A program made the translations under genes and the position numbers. Of a DNA stretch of 64,000 nt, positions 13,654 to 35,699 are shown piece by piece. Source of the stretch: Myxococcales bacterium (GTDB lineage: Bacteria; Myxococcota_A; UBA9042; JABWCM01; BTVJ01). The notes beneath the pieces are model-generated. The model worked only from the letters and a program-made list of their open reading frames with translations. It had not been told where the DNA came from and made no database searches. Where the stretch lies: contig BTVJ01000005.1 of assembly GCA_045863395.1 (NCBI GenBank), positions 73,467-137,466 on the forward strand, in the 5' to 3' direction. Position 1 is the stretch's first letter; each line of letters starts with the position of its first letter.

Positions 13654-14086
13654 CCACCTCGATGTGTCCGCCCAGCTTCTCGATGGCCTCCCGTGCCGCC
13701 TGGCTGATCCGGTCGACCTTCACATTGAGCTTGCGGGTCAACTCACCCTTTGCGAGCACCTTGACGCCATCCCACTGTCCCTTGACGAGCCCCGCAGCCT
13801 CCAGCGCCTGGCGGTCCACGGTGGCCCCCTCGTCGAAGCGCTCCAGCTGCGCCAGGTTCACGATGGCATACTCCTTGCGGAAGATGTTCGTGAAGCCTCG
13901 CTTCGGGAGCCTGCGACGCAGGGGCATCTGGCCGCCCTCAAAGCCACGCTTGATCTGCCGGCGCGCTTTCTGACCCTTCTGGCCGCGGCCGCAGGTCTTG
14001 CCGAGGCCGGAACCAAGCCCGCGGCCCACGCGGACCCCCTTCGTAACCGCGCCCTCGGGCGGCTTCAGCCTGCTCAGCTCGTTCAT
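13643..14086 (-). CDS. rplO: 50S ribosomal protein L15
   Basis: [21 protein letters not shown] and FEGGQMPL. Confidence 0.97.
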   Translation of the reverse strand: MNELSRLKPPEGAVTKGVRVGRGLGSGLGKTCGRGQKGQKARRQIKRGFEGGQMPLRRRLPKRGFTNIFRKEYAIVNLAQLERFDEGATVDRQALEAAGLVKGQWDGVKVLAKGELTRKLNVKVDRISQAAREAIEKLGGHIEVVGG

Positions 14087-14132
14087 GTGCGTCTCCGTTC
14101 CGAGAGGAAACCTGGCCCGCGGGGGCCAGGAC

Positions 14133-14312
14133 CTACTCCTCCACCGTGATGAGGTGGCCGATCTTCTTGATCAGCCCGCGGTTGGATGGCGTGTCCTCCA
14201 CCTCGCGGGAATCCCTGATCTTTCTCAAGCCCAGAGCCAGCAGCGACTTCCGCTGGCTTTCGGGCCGGCCGATACTACTCTTCTGCTGGGTCACTTTCAA
14301 GCGCTTTGTCAT
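14133..14312 (-). CDS. rpmD: 50S ribosomal protein L30
   Basis: Manual translation: [59 protein letters not shown]. Confidence 0.95.
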   Translation of the reverse strand: MTKRLKVTQQKSSIGRPESQRKSLLALGLRKIRDSREVEDTPSNRGLIKKIGHLITVEE

Positions 14313-14344
14313 CGCCCGATGCTCCTTCGATCAGCCCTGGGCGC

Positions 14345-14866
14345 CTACCCGCGGAGGTGTTCCCCGGCCGCGGCCCGACGCGCCTGCGTCTGGTCGGGGC
14401 TGGAGAGCTGCTTCAACGCGTCGAATGTCGCGTGGATCACGTTGTGCGGGTTCCGCGTCCCGAGGCACTTCGTCAAGATGTTGCCCACTCCCGCGGACTC
14501 CACGACCGCGCGCACAGGCCCGCCGGCGATGACGCCGGTTCCCTGGCTGGCGGGCCGCAGGACCACTCGACCAGCACCAAAGTGCCCAAGCGCCTCGTGT
14601 GGGATCGTGTTGTTGATGATGGGCACCTGGATCATGTTCTTCTTCGCGCGCTCGCCGCCCTTGCGGATCGCCTCGGGCACCTCGTTGGCCTTGCCCAGCC
14701 CGTAGCCAACGCGGCCATTCTGATCACCGACAACGACCAGAGCCGAAAAGCTGAAACGACGCCCGCCCTTGACGACCTTCGCCACCCGGTTGATGTAGAC
14801 GACGCGATCCACAAGATCGCTCGGCTCCTCTGTCCGGCCTCGCGGGGCTCTCCTGTCCTTCTCCAT
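14345..14866 (-). CDS. rpsE: 30S ribosomal protein S5
   Basis: [24 protein letters not shown]. Confidence 0.97.
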   Translation of the reverse strand: MEKDRRAPRGRTEEPSDLVDRVVYINRVAKVVKGGRRFSFSALVVVGDQNGRVGYGLGKANEVPEAIRKGGERAKKNMIQVPIINNTIPHEALGHFGAGRVVLRPASQGTGVIAGGPVRAVVESAGVGNILTKCLGTRNPHNVIHATFDALKQLSSPDQTQARRAAAGEHLRG

Positions 14867-14885
14867 GTCCCGTGCTCCTGGTCCC

Positions 14886-15263
14886 TTAGAAGTCCAGCCC
14901 GGCCTCGCGTGCTGCGTCCGCAACAGCGGTCACGCGGCCCGTGTACAAGAAGCCATTGCGGTCGAACACCACCTTCGTGATGCTCTTGTCAAGGCACAGC
15001 TTCGCGGTGAGTTCCCCGACCTTCTTCGCGGCGCCCGTCTTATCCAGCTCGTCGAGACCATCGCGAAGCTGCGGCGACAGGGTCGACGCTGCCACCAGCG
15101 TGCAGCCGGTCTCGTCGTTGATGACCTGCGCGTAGATGTGCTTGTTGCTGCGAAACACGGAGAGGCGGGGCCGCTCCGCAGTCCCTCGGATGGTCGCTCG
15201 CAGCCGAACCTTTCGCCGGACCCGTGAGGCGACCCGCCCACTCTTCAACTTTGCCTTCATCAC
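14886..15263 (-). CDS. rplR: 50S ribosomal protein L18
   Basis: [16 protein letters not shown] and VFDRNG...AREAGLDF. Confidence 0.97.
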   Translation of the reverse strand: MMKAKLKSGRVASRVRRKVRLRATIRGTAERPRLSVFRSNKHIYAQVINDETGCTLVAASTLSPQLRDGLDELDKTGAAKKVGELTAKLCLDKSITKVVFDRNGFLYTGRVTAVADAAREAGLDF

Positions 15264-15322
15264 TCGCTCCTGTCGGCGCGCTTGCCGATTGCAGGCCAGA
15301 CGTGGCTCGCCTGCGTCCCGCG

Positions 15323-15865
15323 TTACTTGCCGCCGGACTTGCCAACCTTGCGACGGATCGTCTCCTCGGCGTACTTCACACCCTTGCCCTTGTAGGGCTC
15401 TGGCGGTCGGAAGCCGCGGACCTTTGCTGCCGCCAGACCCAAGGTCTCCCGGTCCGATCCCTCAAGGGTGATCTTCGTCTGCTTCTCGACCGTGGCCTTG
15501 ACCCCGTCAGGAAGCTCATAGCGGACGGGGTGGGAATACCCAAGGGTCATCACGAGCGTGCTCCCGGACACCTCGGCGCGGTAGCCCACGCCTGTGATCT
15601 CCAGGTCACGCTTGAAGCCCGTGGACACGCCCGTCACCATGTTCTGCAGCAGAGAACGAGCCAGGCCGTGGAGCGCCTTGCTCTGACGGTCGTCCTTCTC
15701 CGGTTCGATAACGATGTGCCCGTCCTTCAAGGACAGGACCACCCCAACGAAGCTCCGCTCCTGCGCTCCACGCGGCCCCTCCACCCGCGCGGTGGATCCG
15801 CTCACGTGGACCGTCACCTTGGGCGGAATCGCGACGGGCTTCTTTCCAATTCTCGAAAGAGCCAC
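15323..15865 (-). CDS. rplF: 50S ribosomal protein L6
   Basis: SRIGKKPV and [13 protein letters not shown]. Confidence 0.97.
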   Translation of the reverse strand: MALSRIGKKPVAIPPKVTVHVSGSTARVEGPRGAQERSFVGVVLSLKDGHIVIEPEKDDRQSKALHGLARSLLQNMVTGVSTGFKRDLEITGVGYRAEVSGSTLVMTLGYSHPVRYELPDGVKATVEKQTKITLEGSDRETLGLAAAKVRGFRPPEPYKGKGVKYAEETIRRKVGKSGGK

Positions 15866-15874
15866 GATAGCCTC

Positions 15875-16273
15875 CTACCAGATTGAGCAGATGTACTCGC
15901 CGCCGATCCCTCGGCGCCGAGCCTCCGCGTCCGTCACGAGCCCAGATGACGTGGAGATGATCCCCATCCCAAGGCCGTTGAGCACCTTGGGGATCTCCTT
16001 GCCCTTCACATAGCGACGCTGTCCCGGCCTGCTCTCGCGCTGGAGAGCCAGAATCGCGTTCTCCTTCGGAGAGATCCACTTCAGATCGATGTGGATGAGT
16101 CCCTGCTTCCGGTCATCCAGGAGTTGGAAGTCCCTGATGAACCCCTGATCCTTCAGGATCTCGGTAATGCGGGTCTTCAGCTTCGAGGTCGGGACCTCCA
16201 CCGACTCATGGTGCGCCATGATGGCGTTCCGAATCCGGGTAAGGTAGTCCGCGATCGGGTCGGTCATGCTCAT
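15875..16273 (-). CDS. rpsH: 30S ribosomal protein S8
   Basis: MTDPIADYLTRIRNA and IISTSSG. Confidence 0.97.
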   Translation of the reverse strand: MSMTDPIADYLTRIRNAIMAHHESVEVPTSKLKTRITEILKDQGFIRDFQLLDDRKQGLIHIDLKWISPKENAILALQRESRPGQRRYVKGKEIPKVLNGLGMGIISTSSGLVTDAEARRRGIGGEYICSIW

Positions 16274-16329
16274 CGATTCACCTCACGAACGGCCGGGCGG
16301 TTCACGCACTTGCGCGCCTGCCCACCGTG

Positions 16330-16521
16330 CTACCAGCTCGACTTGATCACACCAGCGAGGTCGCCCCGCAGCGCCAGCATGCGCATACAGATGCGGCACA
16401 GGCTGAACTTCCGCAAGAACCCGCGCGGCCGCCCGCAGTGCTTGCAGCGGTTTCGTACCCGCACCTTGAAGCGGTACCGTTCCGGGTGGCTCGCCCTCTC
16501 CAACTGTGCTTTCCTGGCCAA
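16330..16521 (-). CDS. rpsZ: 30S ribosomal protein S14 type Z
   Basis: [11 protein letters not shown]...LCRIC...KSSW, TTG start. Confidence 0.95.
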   Translation of the reverse strand: MARKAQLERASHPERYRFKVRVRNRCKHCGRPRGFLRKFSLCRICMRMLALRGDLAGVIKSSW

Positions 16522-16584
16522 GGTCGTTCTCCTCTCGAATCCCTTCGGATCCCACGATGTACGGGTAGCGAGTGTCCCCTGCGG

Positions 16585-17127
16585 CTACCGCCTGAACGGC
16601 ATGCCAAGCTGCTTCAGGAGCGCCCGGCACTCGTCGTCCGTCCGAGCCGTCGTCACGATCGTCACATTCAGGCCCCGGATCCGCTCGATCTTGTCGTAGT
16701 CGATCTCCGGAAAGATGATCTGCTCGCGAACCCCCAGGGAGTAGTTGCCGCGTCCGTCGAACGCCTTCGGGCTCGTGCCCTTGAAGTCGCGGATTCGCGG
16801 GATGGCGACCCCAAGAAGCCGGTCAAGGAACTCCCACATCCGGTCCCGCCGAAGCGTGACCATCGCGCCGATGTTCATGCCCTGACGAAGCTTGAAGGTC
16901 GCGATGGACTTGCGCGCCTTGGTCACGACGGCCTTCTGGCCGCTGATGGTGGTCAGCTCCTCGACGGCCTGCTCGATGGCCTTCGGGTTCTGAATTGCCT
17001 CTCCGAGCCCCATGTTCAGGGTGACCTTGGTGATGCGAGGGACCTCCATCACGTTCGTATACCCGAACTCCTTCATGAGCTGCGGGGCGATCTGCTCCTG
17101 ATACAGACTCTTCAATCGCGGCGCCAT
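16585..17127 (-). CDS. rplE: 50S ribosomal protein L5
   Basis: PRIRDFKG and [20 protein letters not shown]. Confidence 0.97.
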   Translation of the reverse strand: MAPRLKSLYQEQIAPQLMKEFGYTNVMEVPRITKVTLNMGLGEAIQNPKAIEQAVEELTTISGQKAVVTKARKSIATFKLRQGMNIGAMVTLRRDRMWEFLDRLLGVAIPRIRDFKGTSPKAFDGRGNYSLGVREQIIFPEIDYDKIERIRGLNVTIVTTARTDDECRALLKQLGMPFRR

Positions 17128-17187
17128 TGTCAGTGCTCCTCTGCGCGTTCGGACGTCGGCTGGTGCGACTGTCCCGCGCACCTGCTG

Positions 17188-17514
17188 CTATTCGATGGTC
17201 TCGCCGCTCTTGGCGTCGTACCGGACCTTGCGCTTCGAACCGTCCTCGGCCTCGATGAACTTGCGCTTCACCTTGAGAGGCTGGTCGGTGGTCGGGCTCA
17301 CGAGCATCACGTTCGAGGCGTTGATCGGTGCCTCCTTGTCGATGATGCCTCCCTGCGGGTGCTTCTGGGTCGGCTTCTGGTGGCGCTTGACCACGTTGAC
17401 CTTCTCCACCAGCACCCGGGTCCCGCCCTCCACGACACGCAGGACCTTGCCCCGCTTGCCCTTGTTCTTTCCGGCGATCACCAGCACGGTGTCGTTCTTC
17501 TTGATTCTGGCCAT
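17188..17514 (-). CDS. rplX: 50S ribosomal protein L24
   Basis: [19 protein letters not shown] and EAPINASNV. Confidence 0.97.
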   Translation of the reverse strand: MARIKKNDTVLVIAGKNKGKRGKVLRVVEGGTRVLVEKVNVVKRHQKPTQKHPQGGIIDKEAPINASNVMLVSPTTDQPLKVKRKFIEAEDGSKRKVRYDAKSGETIE

Positions 17515-17571
17515 TGTTCGTCTCACTCTTCCGAAGGGGTCGGGGTCACAGTACCTGACCGCACGCGGGCC

Positions 17572-17940
17572 CTATAGTACCTCGGGAGCCAGCGAGATGA
17601 TCTTCATGAATCGCTGCGCGCGAAGCTCTCGTGCCACCGGCCCGAAGATGCGCGTGCCGATTGGCTCGCGCGCCTGGTTGATCAGCACCGCCGCGTTCCC
17701 GTCGAACTTGATGTAGCTCCCATCCGCCCTCCGGACCTCCTTGGCGGTCCGAACGATGACGGCCTTCACCACATCGCCCTTCTTGACCTTGCTCTTTGGA
17801 ATCGCTTCCTTCACCGAGACGACGATGACGTCGCCCAGGGACGCGTACTTCCGCTTCGAGCCGCCCAGCACCTTGATGCACTGCAGCTTCTTGGCTCCCG
17901 AGTTGTCAGCAGCACTCAGGAATGTCTGCATCTGAATCAT
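17572..17940 (-). CDS. rplN: 50S ribosomal protein L14
   Basis: ADNSGAK and [13 protein letters not shown]...SLAPEVL. Confidence 0.98.
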   Translation of the reverse strand: MIQMQTFLSAADNSGAKKLQCIKVLGGSKRKYASLGDVIVVSVKEAIPKSKVKKGDVVKAVIVRTAKEVRRADGSYIKFDGNAAVLINQAREPIGTRIFGPVARELRAQRFMKIISLAPEVL

Positions 17941-17982
17941 GCTGCACCTGCCTTCCCTGTTGCCAGCCCGAAGCGGGGCGGC

Positions 17983-18012
17983 ACACTAGTCGTATTCTCC
18001 ATCCTGCGTCAA
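17983..18012 (-). promoter_or_regulatory. Putative spc-operon sigma70 promoter
   Basis: TTGACG-N18-TAGTGT between rpsQ and rplN. Confidence 0.5.
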
Positions 18013-18100
18013 GTGCCTCTGGGCCACTCTTGCGGGAGGGCTCGAAAATTCAGGTGGTTCGGTCCTATGCTCCCAGAAGGGAACGGGCCGGGCCACGGCC

Positions 18101-18364
18101 TCAGATGCGGGCGGGACGCTCGATCAACCGCGACACCCTCCAGTGCTTGTCCTTCGACAAGGGGCGTGTCTCTTCGATCAGGACGACATCACCGAGCTGG
18201 TACTGGTTCGTCTCATCGTGCGCCTTGTAGCGCTTGCGACGTCGGACGAACTTCTTGTAGACGGGGTGCTGCACCAGCGACGAGACCTCGACGACCACCG
18301 TCTTGTCCATCTTGTCGCTGACGATCTTGCCCGACAGGCTCTTGCGGGTCCCGCGCTCGCTCAT
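18101..18364 (-). CDS. rpsQ: 30S ribosomal protein S17
   Basis: [11 protein letters not shown] and [11 protein letters not shown]. Confidence 0.97.
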   Translation of the reverse strand: MSERGTRKSLSGKIVSDKMDKTVVVEVSSLVQHPVYKKFVRRRKRYKAHDETNQYQLGDVVLIEETRPLSKDKHWRVSRLIERPARI

Positions 18365-18573
18365 GCCTTCTCTCCGCGAATGGCGGCGAGCTCGCGCTCT
18401 CGCCGAACCGTCTTCATCTGGGCCAGGTTTCGGCGAGTTGCGCCGAGCTGCGCCGTGTTCGAGAGCTGCCCTGTCTTGTGCTGGAAGCGCAGACGGAACA
18501 GGTCCGCGGCCGAATTCTCCAGCGCCGCGGACAGCTCTTCATCATTCAGGGATCGGATCTCGTCGAGTTTCAT
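18361..18573 (-). CDS. rpmC: 50S ribosomal protein L29
   Basis: [13 protein letters not shown] and synteny. Confidence 0.93.
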   Translation of the reverse strand: MKLDEIRSLNDEELSAALENSAADLFRLRFQHKTGQLSNTAQLGATRRNLAQMKTVRRERELAAIRGEKA

Positions 18574-18989
18574 GCCACGATCTCGCCTTTCTTGATGACC
18601 TTCGCCCTGATGGGCAGCTTCTGCGCGGCCAGCGCGAAGGCCTCCTCGGCCACGTCGGCAGCGACGCCGTCCATCTCATAGAGCATCCGGCCGGGCTTCA
18701 CGACGCACACCCACTCTTCCGGCGAACCCTTGCCCTTACCCATTCGGGTCTCGGCGGGCTTCTTCGTGATAGGCTTGTCCGGGAAGATCCGAATCCAGAC
18801 CTTTCCCTCGCGCTTGATGAAGCGGGTCATCGCGATACGAGCCGCCTCGATCTGGCGCGACGTGAGCCAGCCGCACTCCAGGGCCATCAGCCCGAACTGG
18901 CCAAACGAGACCTCATTGCCGGTGTAGGCAAAGCCGGTCATCCGACCCTTCATCTGCTTCCGGTGCTTCATCTTCTTCGGTGCCAGCAT
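18570..18989 (-). CDS. rplP: 50S ribosomal protein L16
   Basis: QIEAAR and [12 protein letters not shown]. Confidence 0.98.
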   Translation of the reverse strand: MLAPKKMKHRKQMKGRMTGFAYTGNEVSFGQFGLMALECGWLTSRQIEAARIAMTRFIKREGKVWIRIFPDKPITKKPAETRMGKGKGSPEEWVCVVKPGRMLYEMDGVAADVAEEAFALAAQKLPIRAKVIKKGEIVA

Positions 18990-19069
18990 CTCTTCCTCGC
19001 TCGGGGCTCACGGCGCCCGTCGTCTCATTGGGAGCGCACCTCAGCTCGGTGCACTGCCGGTCGCGGCCT

Positions 19070-19693
19070 CTACAGGATCTCGCCCTTGTAGATCCAGCAC
19101 TTCACCCCAATGATCCCATAGGTTGTCTTGGCCTCTGCGAAGCCGTACTGGATGTCGGCACGCAGCGTGTGGAGCGGAACCCGCCCCTCGCGGTACCACT
19201 CGTAGCGGGACATCTCAGCTCCGCCGAGGCGGCCGGAGCACGCGATGCGCGTTCCCTTCGCACCGAACTTCATCGCCGTCTGCATGGCCTTCTTCATGGC
19301 TCGCCGAAACGACACGCGGCGCTCGAGCTGGGTGGCAACGCTCTCCGCCACGAGCTGGGCGTCCGTCTCTGCCTTGCGAACCTCGTGAATGTTCAGGATG
19401 ACGTCGCTGCTCGTCAGCTTCTCGACATCCTTCTTGAGACCCTCGGCCCCGGTCCCTTTCTTGCCGATCACGATGCCGGGACGCGCCGTGTGCACGTTGA
19501 TCTTGACCTTGTTGGTCGCCCGCTCGATGTCGATCGAGGAGATGCCCGCGTGGTAGAGCTTCTCCTTGATGTACTTCTTGAGCTTCAGATCCTCGTGAAG
19601 CCACTGGGCGTAGTTCTTCTCCTCGTACCAGCGGGAGTTCCACGTCTTGATGACGCCCAGCCGAAACCCGGTCGGATGTACTTTCTGGCCCAC
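19070..19693 (-). CDS. rpsC: 30S ribosomal protein S3
   Basis: [12 protein letters not shown] and [12 protein letters not shown]. Confidence 0.98.
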   Translation of the reverse strand: MGQKVHPTGFRLGVIKTWNSRWYEEKNYAQWLHEDLKLKKYIKEKLYHAGISSIDIERATNKVKINVHTARPGIVIGKKGTGAEGLKKDVEKLTSSDVILNIHEVRKAETDAQLVAESVATQLERRVSFRRAMKKAMQTAMKFGAKGTRIACSGRLGGAEMSRYEWYREGRVPLHTLRADIQYGFAEAKTTYGIIGVKCWIYKGEIL

Positions 19694-19737
19694 AGTCGCC
19701 TCTCCTGCGTTCGCGCCACTCCCGAAGTTGCCGGGGG

Positions 19738-20073
19738 CTAGCCGCGCTCCTTGACCACAACGGTAATGTGGCTCGTCCGCTTCTCTACTCTGGTGGCGCG
19801 CCCCATGGCGCGCGGGAGGTATCGCTTCAGGGTTGGCCCCTCATTGACGAAGGCCTCGGAGACGTACAGCTTCGCGACCTGCGCGTTGAACTGCTCCTTG
19901 GCGTTCGAGATGGCGGAGCCGAGCAGCTTCGCAACGGGGTCGGTCGCCCGGCGATTTGTGAACCGCAGGGCCTCCAGAGCCTCGTCGACGTACTTGTCCC
20001 GGATCATGTTGATGATGACCCGCGTCTTTCGGGGCGTCATCCGCACGTGACGCGCAGTTGCCTTCGCTTCCAT
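19738..20073 (-). CDS. rplV: 50S ribosomal protein L22
   Basis: [15 protein letters not shown]...KRTSHIT. Confidence 0.97.
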   Translation of the reverse strand: MEAKATARHVRMTPRKTRVIINMIRDKYVDEALEALRFTNRRATDPVAKLLGSAISNAKEQFNAQVAKLYVSEAFVNEGPTLKRYLPRAMGRATRVEKRTSHITVVVKERG

Positions 20074-20094
20074 GACTCGCTCCTTGCGGGCGCC

Positions 20095-20388
20095 CTACTT
20101 CTTGCCCTTGCCGGCAGCCTTCGCCTTCTTGTCCCCGGCGTGTCCGTGGAACGTGCGCGTCGGCGCAAACTCGCCAAGCTTATGACCCACCATGTTCTCA
20201 TCCACGAACACTGGGACGAACTTCTTCCCATTGTGGATGGCGAACGTGAGGCCAACCATCTGCGGTATCACCGTCGAACGACGTGACCACGTCTTGATGA
20301 CCTTCTTGGAGCCCGCTCGGACTGCGGCGTCGACCTTCTCGAACAGATGGCCGTCGATGAACGGCCCTTTCTTGATTGAACGTGGCAC
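20095..20388 (-). CDS. rpsS: 30S ribosomal protein S19
   Basis: [15 protein letters not shown] and [11 protein letters not shown]. Confidence 0.98.
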   Translation of the reverse strand: MPRSIKKGPFIDGHLFEKVDAAVRAGSKKVIKTWSRRSTVIPQMVGLTFAIHNGKKFVPVFVDENMVGHKLGEFAPTRTFHGHAGDKKAKAAGKGKK

Positions 20389-20428
20389 GGTGCTCTCCTC
20401 CGGGTCCGCGCTGCGGCGGGTTGCCCCT

Positions 20429-21259
20429 CTAGCGGCCCTTTCCGCGGCGCTTCACGATGAACGTATCGGTACGCTTGTTGTGTCGAGTCTTCGACCCCTT
20501 GGTCGGCCGCCCCCATGGAGTCACCGGGTGACGTCCACCCGAGGTGCGCCCCTCGCCGCCGCCGTGGGGGTGGTCCACCGGATTCATCGCGACGCCTCGC
20601 ACATGGGGTCGGAATCCCAGCCAGCGAGTCCGGCCTGCCTTGCCCGAGCGCACGTTCTCGTGGATCGCGTTGCCCACCTCACCGACCGTTGCGCGACACT
20701 CGGCCAGCACGTTGCGAAGCTCGTTGGAGGGCAGTCGGACGAGCGCGTACTTGCCCTCCTTGGCCATGAGCTGCGCGGACGTGCCCGCCGAGCGGACCAG
20801 CGCTCCCCCCTTGCCGGGCTTCAGCTCGATGTTGTGGAGCTGGGTGCCCACGGGGATTGCGCGCAGGGGCAATGAGTTGCCCGGCTTGATGTCGGCCTTC
20901 GCGCTGCTGATCACGGTCTCGCCCACCACCAGGTTGTTGGGCGCGAGGATGTACCTCTTCTCCCCGTCCAGGTAGTGGAGAAGCGCGATCCGCGCCGATC
21001 GGTTCGGATCGTACTCGATGGCGGCGACCGTCGCGGGGACGCCGTACTTGTCCCGCTTGAAGTCGATGACGCGGTACCGTCGCTTGTGACCGCCTCCCCG
21101 GAAGCGCACCGTGATGCGACCGTAGGCGTTTCGTCCTCCGGACTTGGAGAGCGGCTCGATCAGCCGCCGCTCCGGCGTCGACTTCGTGATCTCCGCAAAG
21201 TCGCTCGACGTCATCAGGCGCCGGCCGGGGCTCGTCGGGTTGTATCGCTTGATTCCCAT
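20429..21259 (-). CDS. rplB: 50S ribosomal protein L2
   Basis: IEYDPNRSA and [17 protein letters not shown]. Confidence 0.98.
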   Translation of the reverse strand: MGIKRYNPTSPGRRLMTSSDFAEITKSTPERRLIEPLSKSGGRNAYGRITVRFRGGGHKRRYRVIDFKRDKYGVPATVAAIEYDPNRSARIALLHYLDGEKRYILAPNNLVVGETVISSAKADIKPGNSLPLRAIPVGTQLHNIELKPGKGGALVRSAGTSAQLMAKEGKYALVRLPSNELRNVLAECRATVGEVGNAIHENVRSGKAGRTRWLGFRPHVRGVAMNPVDHPHGGGEGRTSGGRHPVTPWGRPTKGSKTRHNKRTDTFIVKRRGKGR

Positions 21260-21262
21260 CGT

Positions 21263-21559
21263 CTACATCCCTTCGAAGAAGTCGATGGCGTGTCCCTCCT
21301 TGAGGGTCACGAAAGCCTTCTTCCAGTTCGGGCGTCGACCGATGAACCGGCCGACCCGCTTGTTCTTGCCCCGAACGATGCTGGTCCTCACCTCGGAAAC
21401 CTTCACGTTGAACAAGCTCTCGATCGCCTGCCGGACCTGGATCTTGTTGGCGTCCGTGGAGACCTCGAACACGTACTCGTTGTTGGCGTCCTTGAGGTCG
21501 TTGGCCTTCTCCGTGATGTGCGGGCGGCGCAGGACCTTGTAGAGCTCGTCCTTCGTCAT
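21263..21559 (-). CDS. rplW: 50S ribosomal protein L23
   Basis: PHITEKA and WKKAFVTL. Confidence 0.97.
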   Translation of the reverse strand: MTKDELYKVLRRPHITEKANDLKDANNEYVFEVSTDANKIQVRQAIESLFNVKVSEVRTSIVRGKNKRVGRFIGRRPNWKKAFVTLKEGHAIDFFEGM

Positions 21560-22179
21560 GGCTTCAGCGCTCCTTCGATCGCGCGAATCGAGTCCTGGCT
21601 GAGGACGATCGCGTCGAACCGCAAGACGTCATAGACGTTGAGCCCCTCAGGTGCGAGGAACTTCACGTCCCTCAGGTTCCGTGCGCTCAGCTTCAGGTTC
21701 CTGTTCGTACCGCCATCCACCACCAGGGTCTTGGTCAGGTCGAACCCGCTCAGGACCTTCACGAGCGCCTTCGTCTTGATCTCGGGCAGCTCAAAGCGAT
21801 CCACCACGACGAGCCTGCGCTCCACGAGCCGCCCGGTCAGCGCAGAGCGAAGCGCCGCTTTGCGCACCTTCTTCGGTACCGTGTAGGAGAAGTCGCGCGG
21901 CTTCGGCCCGAGAATCGTGCCTCCACCCTTGAGCGTCGGGGCCCGACGAGATCCGCGCCTGGCGCGACCCGTCCCCTTCTGCTTGAAGAGCTTGCGCGTC
22001 GAGAACTTCACCTCGGAGCGGGTCTTGGTGTTCGCCGTCCCGGAGCGGCGGTTCGCAAGCTGCATGCGAACCACTTCCCAGTAAAGGTGCTCCTTGACCG
22101 GCGCCGCGAACACGGCGTCGTCCAGCACCATCTCGCCTACCTTCTGTCGGGCGAGGTTGTATACGTCGATCTGCGGCAT
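21556..22179 (-). CDS. rplD: 50S ribosomal protein L4
   Basis: [12 protein letters not shown] and GPKPRD. ATG at 22179 has a GGAGG RBS. Confidence 0.97.
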   Translation of the reverse strand: MPQIDVYNLARQKVGEMVLDDAVFAAPVKEHLYWEVVRMQLANRRSGTANTKTRSEVKFSTRKLFKQKGTGRARRGSRRAPTLKGGGTILGPKPRDFSYTVPKKVRKAALRSALTGRLVERRLVVVDRFELPEIKTKALVKVLSGFDLTKTLVVDGGTNRNLKLSARNLRDVKFLAPEGLNVYDVLRFDAIVLSQDSIRAIEGALKP

Positions 22180-22192
22180 CGGAGTCCTCCTC

Positions 22193-22498
22193 TCAGGCCT
22201 TGATCTCGACGTCCACACCGGCCGAGAGATCGAGCTTCATGAGGGCATCCACGGTCTGCTGCGTGGGCTCCACGATGTCGATCAAGCGCTTGTGCGTCCG
22301 GATCTCGAACTGCTCGCGGCTCTTCTTGTTCACGTGTGGTGAACGAAGGACCGTGTACTTGTTGATCTTCGTGGGGAGCGGAATCGGTCCGGCGATCCGA
22401 GCTCCGGAGCGCCGCACGGTGTCCACGATCTCGCCCACAGACTGGTCCAGCAGTTTGTAGTCGTATGCCTTCAGTCGAATCCGGATCTTCTGCGCCAT
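22193..22498 (-). CDS. rpsJ: 30S ribosomal protein S10
   Basis: [10 protein letters not shown] and [14 protein letters not shown]. Confidence 0.98.
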   Translation of the reverse strand: MAQKIRIRLKAYDYKLLDQSVGEIVDTVRRSGARIAGPIPLPTKINKYTVLRSPHVNKKSREQFEIRTHKRLIDIVEPTQQTVDALMKLDLSAGVDVEIKA

Positions 22499-22579
22499 CG
22501 CTCCAAACTCCTCCGCTCTCACTCGCCGGGCCTGGTAGCGGACGTCGAGAGAGCCATCGTGCCTTACGTCAGCAGTCTC

Positions 22580-24679
<2,100 letters not shown>

Positions 24680-24702
24680 TGAGCTTCAGGTCCCTTGACG
24701 TC

Positions 24703-25173
24703 CTACCACACGTAGTGCGCAAAGGCCTTGTTGGCCTCCGCCATGCGGTGGGTGTCATCCTTCTTCTTGACCGAATTGCCGCGCATGTTGGCCGCCTCGA
24801 TCAGCTCCGCGGCGAGCTTCTCGCGCATGGACTTCTCGCCGCGGTTGCGCGAATAACCGATGATCCAGCGGATGGCCAGCGCGATCTTTCGCTCTGGTCG
24901 CACCTCGACGGGCACCTGATAGGTGGAACCACCAACGCGGCGGCTCTTGACCTCCAGGGAAGGCTTCACATTCTCGATCGCGCGCTTGAAGACCTTGAGC
25001 GGGTCGTCGTTGATGCGCGACTCGATGATGTCAAATGCACCGTAGATCACGCTCTCGGCGACGGCCTTCTTTCCCTTGAACATCAGGCCGTTCGTGAACT
25101 TCGCTACGAGCCAGTCGCTGTACTTCGGATCCTTGAGGATCCTCCGCTTCGGAACTTCGTGTCTTCTCGGCAT
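24703..25173 (-). CDS. rpsG: 30S ribosomal protein S7
   Basis: [14 protein letters not shown] and [13 protein letters not shown]. Confidence 0.98.
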   Translation of the reverse strand: MPRRHEVPKRRILKDPKYSDWLVAKFTNGLMFKGKKAVAESVIYGAFDIIESRINDDPLKVFKRAIENVKPSLEVKSRRVGGSTYQVPVEVRPERKIALAIRWIIGYSRNRGEKSMREKLAAELIEAANMRGNSVKKKDDTHRMAEANKAFAHYVW

Positions 25174-25244
25174 CTTCTCGCCTCATGCCGGCGTCTCTTC
25201 GAGCGCCGTACCGGTTCGTTCGCCCCTCGCCGACGGGCTGGGAG

Positions 25245-25616
25245 CTACTTGCCCTTCTTCGTGCCGTACTTGGAGCGCCCGCGCTTGCGGCCCGCCACGC
25301 CCACCGAGTCCAGTGTCCCACGGATGATGTGGTACCGGACGCCCGGGAGGTCCTTGACGCGCCCCCCGCGGATGAGCACCAGTGAGTGCTCCTGGAGGTT
25401 GTGTCCCTCACCGGGAATGTAAGAGGTCACCTCTACGCCGGTCGTGAGGCGGACACGCGCGATCTTGCGAAGAGCCGAGTTTGGCTTCTTCGGGGTCGTC
25501 GTATAGACGCGCACGCACACGCCGCGCTTCTGGGGACACTCGTCCAGGGCCGGCGCCGTGCTCTTTCTGCGAGCCTTGGCGCGCCCCATGCGAACAAGCT
25601 GATTGATGGTCGGCAT
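25245..25616 (-). CDS. rpsL: 30S ribosomal protein S12
   Basis: [10 protein letters not shown] and [12 protein letters not shown]. Confidence 0.98.
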   Translation of the reverse strand: MPTINQLVRMGRAKARRKSTAPALDECPQKRGVCVRVYTTTPKKPNSALRKIARVRLTTGVEVTSYIPGEGHNLQEHSLVLIRGGRVKDLPGVRYHIIRGTLDSVGVAGRKRGRSKYGTKKGK

Positions 25617-25707
25617 GCGCCTTCTCTCCCTCGATTGGGGGCCACCGTTGATGAACCTTCGAACTTCCGCCGCGCTCCAAGCGAAGCTCCGGCCGCGCGG
25701 GAGCGGA

Positions 25708-25737
25708 ACATTACTGACCCCGCACGCACGGTGTCAA
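25708..25737 (-). promoter_or_regulatory. Putative str-operon sigma70 promoter
   Basis: TTGACA-N18-TAATGT upstream of rpsL. Confidence 0.6.
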
Positions 25738-25952
25738 GCAGATTCGGTCGTCATCGCTCGCGCGACGAGTGTGGTCGTGATGTCGGGTTGTTCGTGGAGA
25801 GCGTTGGCTGCGGTCACGCGCAATCGGCAGGATGATCCACCGCGTGGCCGACCCCCGTATCCTCGTGAGACTCGCCCCTTGGGCGAAGTCTCATGCTCTC
25901 TCGCCGTCCCTGTCGCTCAGGGTCGGCGTCGAGCCGGGACGCGGGGCCCGCC

Positions 25953-30050
<4,098 letters not shown>

Positions 30051-30118
30051 AGCCTCGGCTCCTTGCACTGGTTTGGGTGGGTCTGCTCGACGGTCCCGAT
30101 ACCTGGCGCGTCGCGCCC

Positions 30119-34267
<4,149 letters not shown>

Positions 34268-34378
34268 CCGTGTGCTCCTCGCGCGTGTTCGGTCCGTTCC
34301 GCCCCCCCGGCTCGTCTCTCTTCGACCAGCGCTCGCGGCGCCGGCAACCGCCGGCGCCGCAAGCTCGTGCCAGCCGAA

Positions 34379-34762
34379 CTACTTCACCGTGACGGTCGCT
34401 CCGACGGCCTCGATCTGCGCCTTGATCTTGGCCGCCTCGTCCTTGGACACGGCCTCCTTCACGGGCTTCGGTGCGCCGTCGACCAGGTCCTTGGCCTCCT
34501 TGAGGCCAAGGCCGGTGATCGCGCGGACCTCCTTGATGACCTGGATCTTGTTGGCGCCCGCCGCCTGGAGGATCACGTCGAACTCGGTCTGCTCCTCGAC
34601 GACTGCGGCAGCGACCGGGCCAGCGGCAACTGCGGCCACGGCGACGCCGGCCGAAGCCTTCACGCCCCACGCCTCCTCCAACTCCTTGGTGAGCTCGGAG
34701 AGCTCGAGGACGGTCATCTTGCTCAGCGCTTCCTTGATCTGCTCGCGAGTGATCTCTGCCAT
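34379..34762 (-). CDS. rplL: 50S ribosomal protein L7/L12
   Basis: [10 protein letters not shown] and [12 protein letters not shown]. Confidence 0.98.
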   Translation of the reverse strand: MAEITREQIKEALSKMTVLELSELTKELEEAWGVKASAGVAVAAVAAGPVAAAVVEEQTEFDVILQAAGANKIQVIKEVRAITGLGLKEAKDLVDGAPKPVKEAVSKDEAAKIKAQIEAVGATVTVK

Positions 34763-34870
34763 GGTGCATTGCTCCTTGATGGTTGGCGCCCCACGCTCTT
34801 CGCTTTCCGAGCGGGGGACGAGTCAGCTCGAACTCATGGGCGGCGCGGGTCCCTCGACCCGCCCGCCGCG

Positions 34871-35401
34871 TCACGCGGCCGTGCTCTCCCCGAGCTTCTC
34901 CGTGTGCTGGAGAAGGACGCTGAGGATGTCGCGCTGTGCCTGGCTCAGGACCGTGACGAACTTGGCCGCCGGGGCCTGGAGGACCGACAGGAAGCTCGCG
35001 CGCAGCTCGTCCTTGCTGGGGAGCGCCGCGAGCGCCTTGATTCCGTCGAGGTTCAGCTCCTGACCGGTCAGGTAGCCCGCCTTGATCGTCAGCGCCTCGT
35101 TGGTCTTCGCGAAGTCCGTGAGCACTTTGGCGGCGGCCACGGGATCCGTGGACGACCACGCCAGCGCCATCGGCCCGTGCAGGTACTTTCCTAGGAACTG
35201 CTTGTCCGTGCCCTCGATGGCGCGCTTCGCAAGCGTGTTCTTCACGACGCGGTACTTCACCCCGTTCTCGCGAAGGCTCTTGCGGAGCTGAACCACCTTC
35301 TCCACGGTGAGCTTCCGGTACTCGGCGACAAGGATCGCTTGAACACCGGCGAACTCGCCCTTGAGGTCCTCGACGACCTGCTCCTTGGTTGTTCTGTCCA
35401 T
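34871..35401 (-). CDS. rplJ: 50S ribosomal protein L10
   Basis: VVKNTLAKRA and LAALPSKDEL. Confidence 0.96.
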   Translation of the reverse strand: MDRTTKEQVVEDLKGEFAGVQAILVAEYRKLTVEKVVQLRKSLRENGVKYRVVKNTLAKRAIEGTDKQFLGKYLHGPMALAWSSTDPVAAAKVLTDFAKTNEALTIKAGYLTGQELNLDGIKALAALPSKDELRASFLSVLQAPAAKFVTVLSQAQRDILSVLLQHTEKLGESTAA

Positions 35402-35520
35402 GGGACCTACTCCTCCCAATCCATTGGTAAGCACACGATTCTGACCAGACCAGGATGCCGAGAGGAGTCAGCCCCAGACGCTCGTGAGTTCGTCAGGGGG
35501 CATCATCACAGCATGCACCT

Positions 35521-35632
35521 TCCATCTCCGCAGGCGGAGCGTCCAAAGCCGAGAGTCACGGCCGGCAGCTGGCCGGGCCGGGTCACTCAGCTTCGTGGCT
35601 CCATCAAACGCACGGTACCTGCTTCTCGGACA
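35521..35632 (-). promoter_or_regulatory. L10 leader (rplJ autoregulatory RNA)
   Basis: Minus strand TGTCCGAGAAGCAGGT...GCCTGCGGAGATGGA resembles the L10-L12 binding motif (GTCCAAGACxGCAGG...CCTGCGTAGA), located between rplA and rplJ. Confidence 0.75.
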
Positions 35633-35699
35633 GAGCTCGTGTTCCAGATTGTCAACAGGCTGGTGCCTGGAAACTCCTGCTCCCCGCTGGGAGCAGCCA

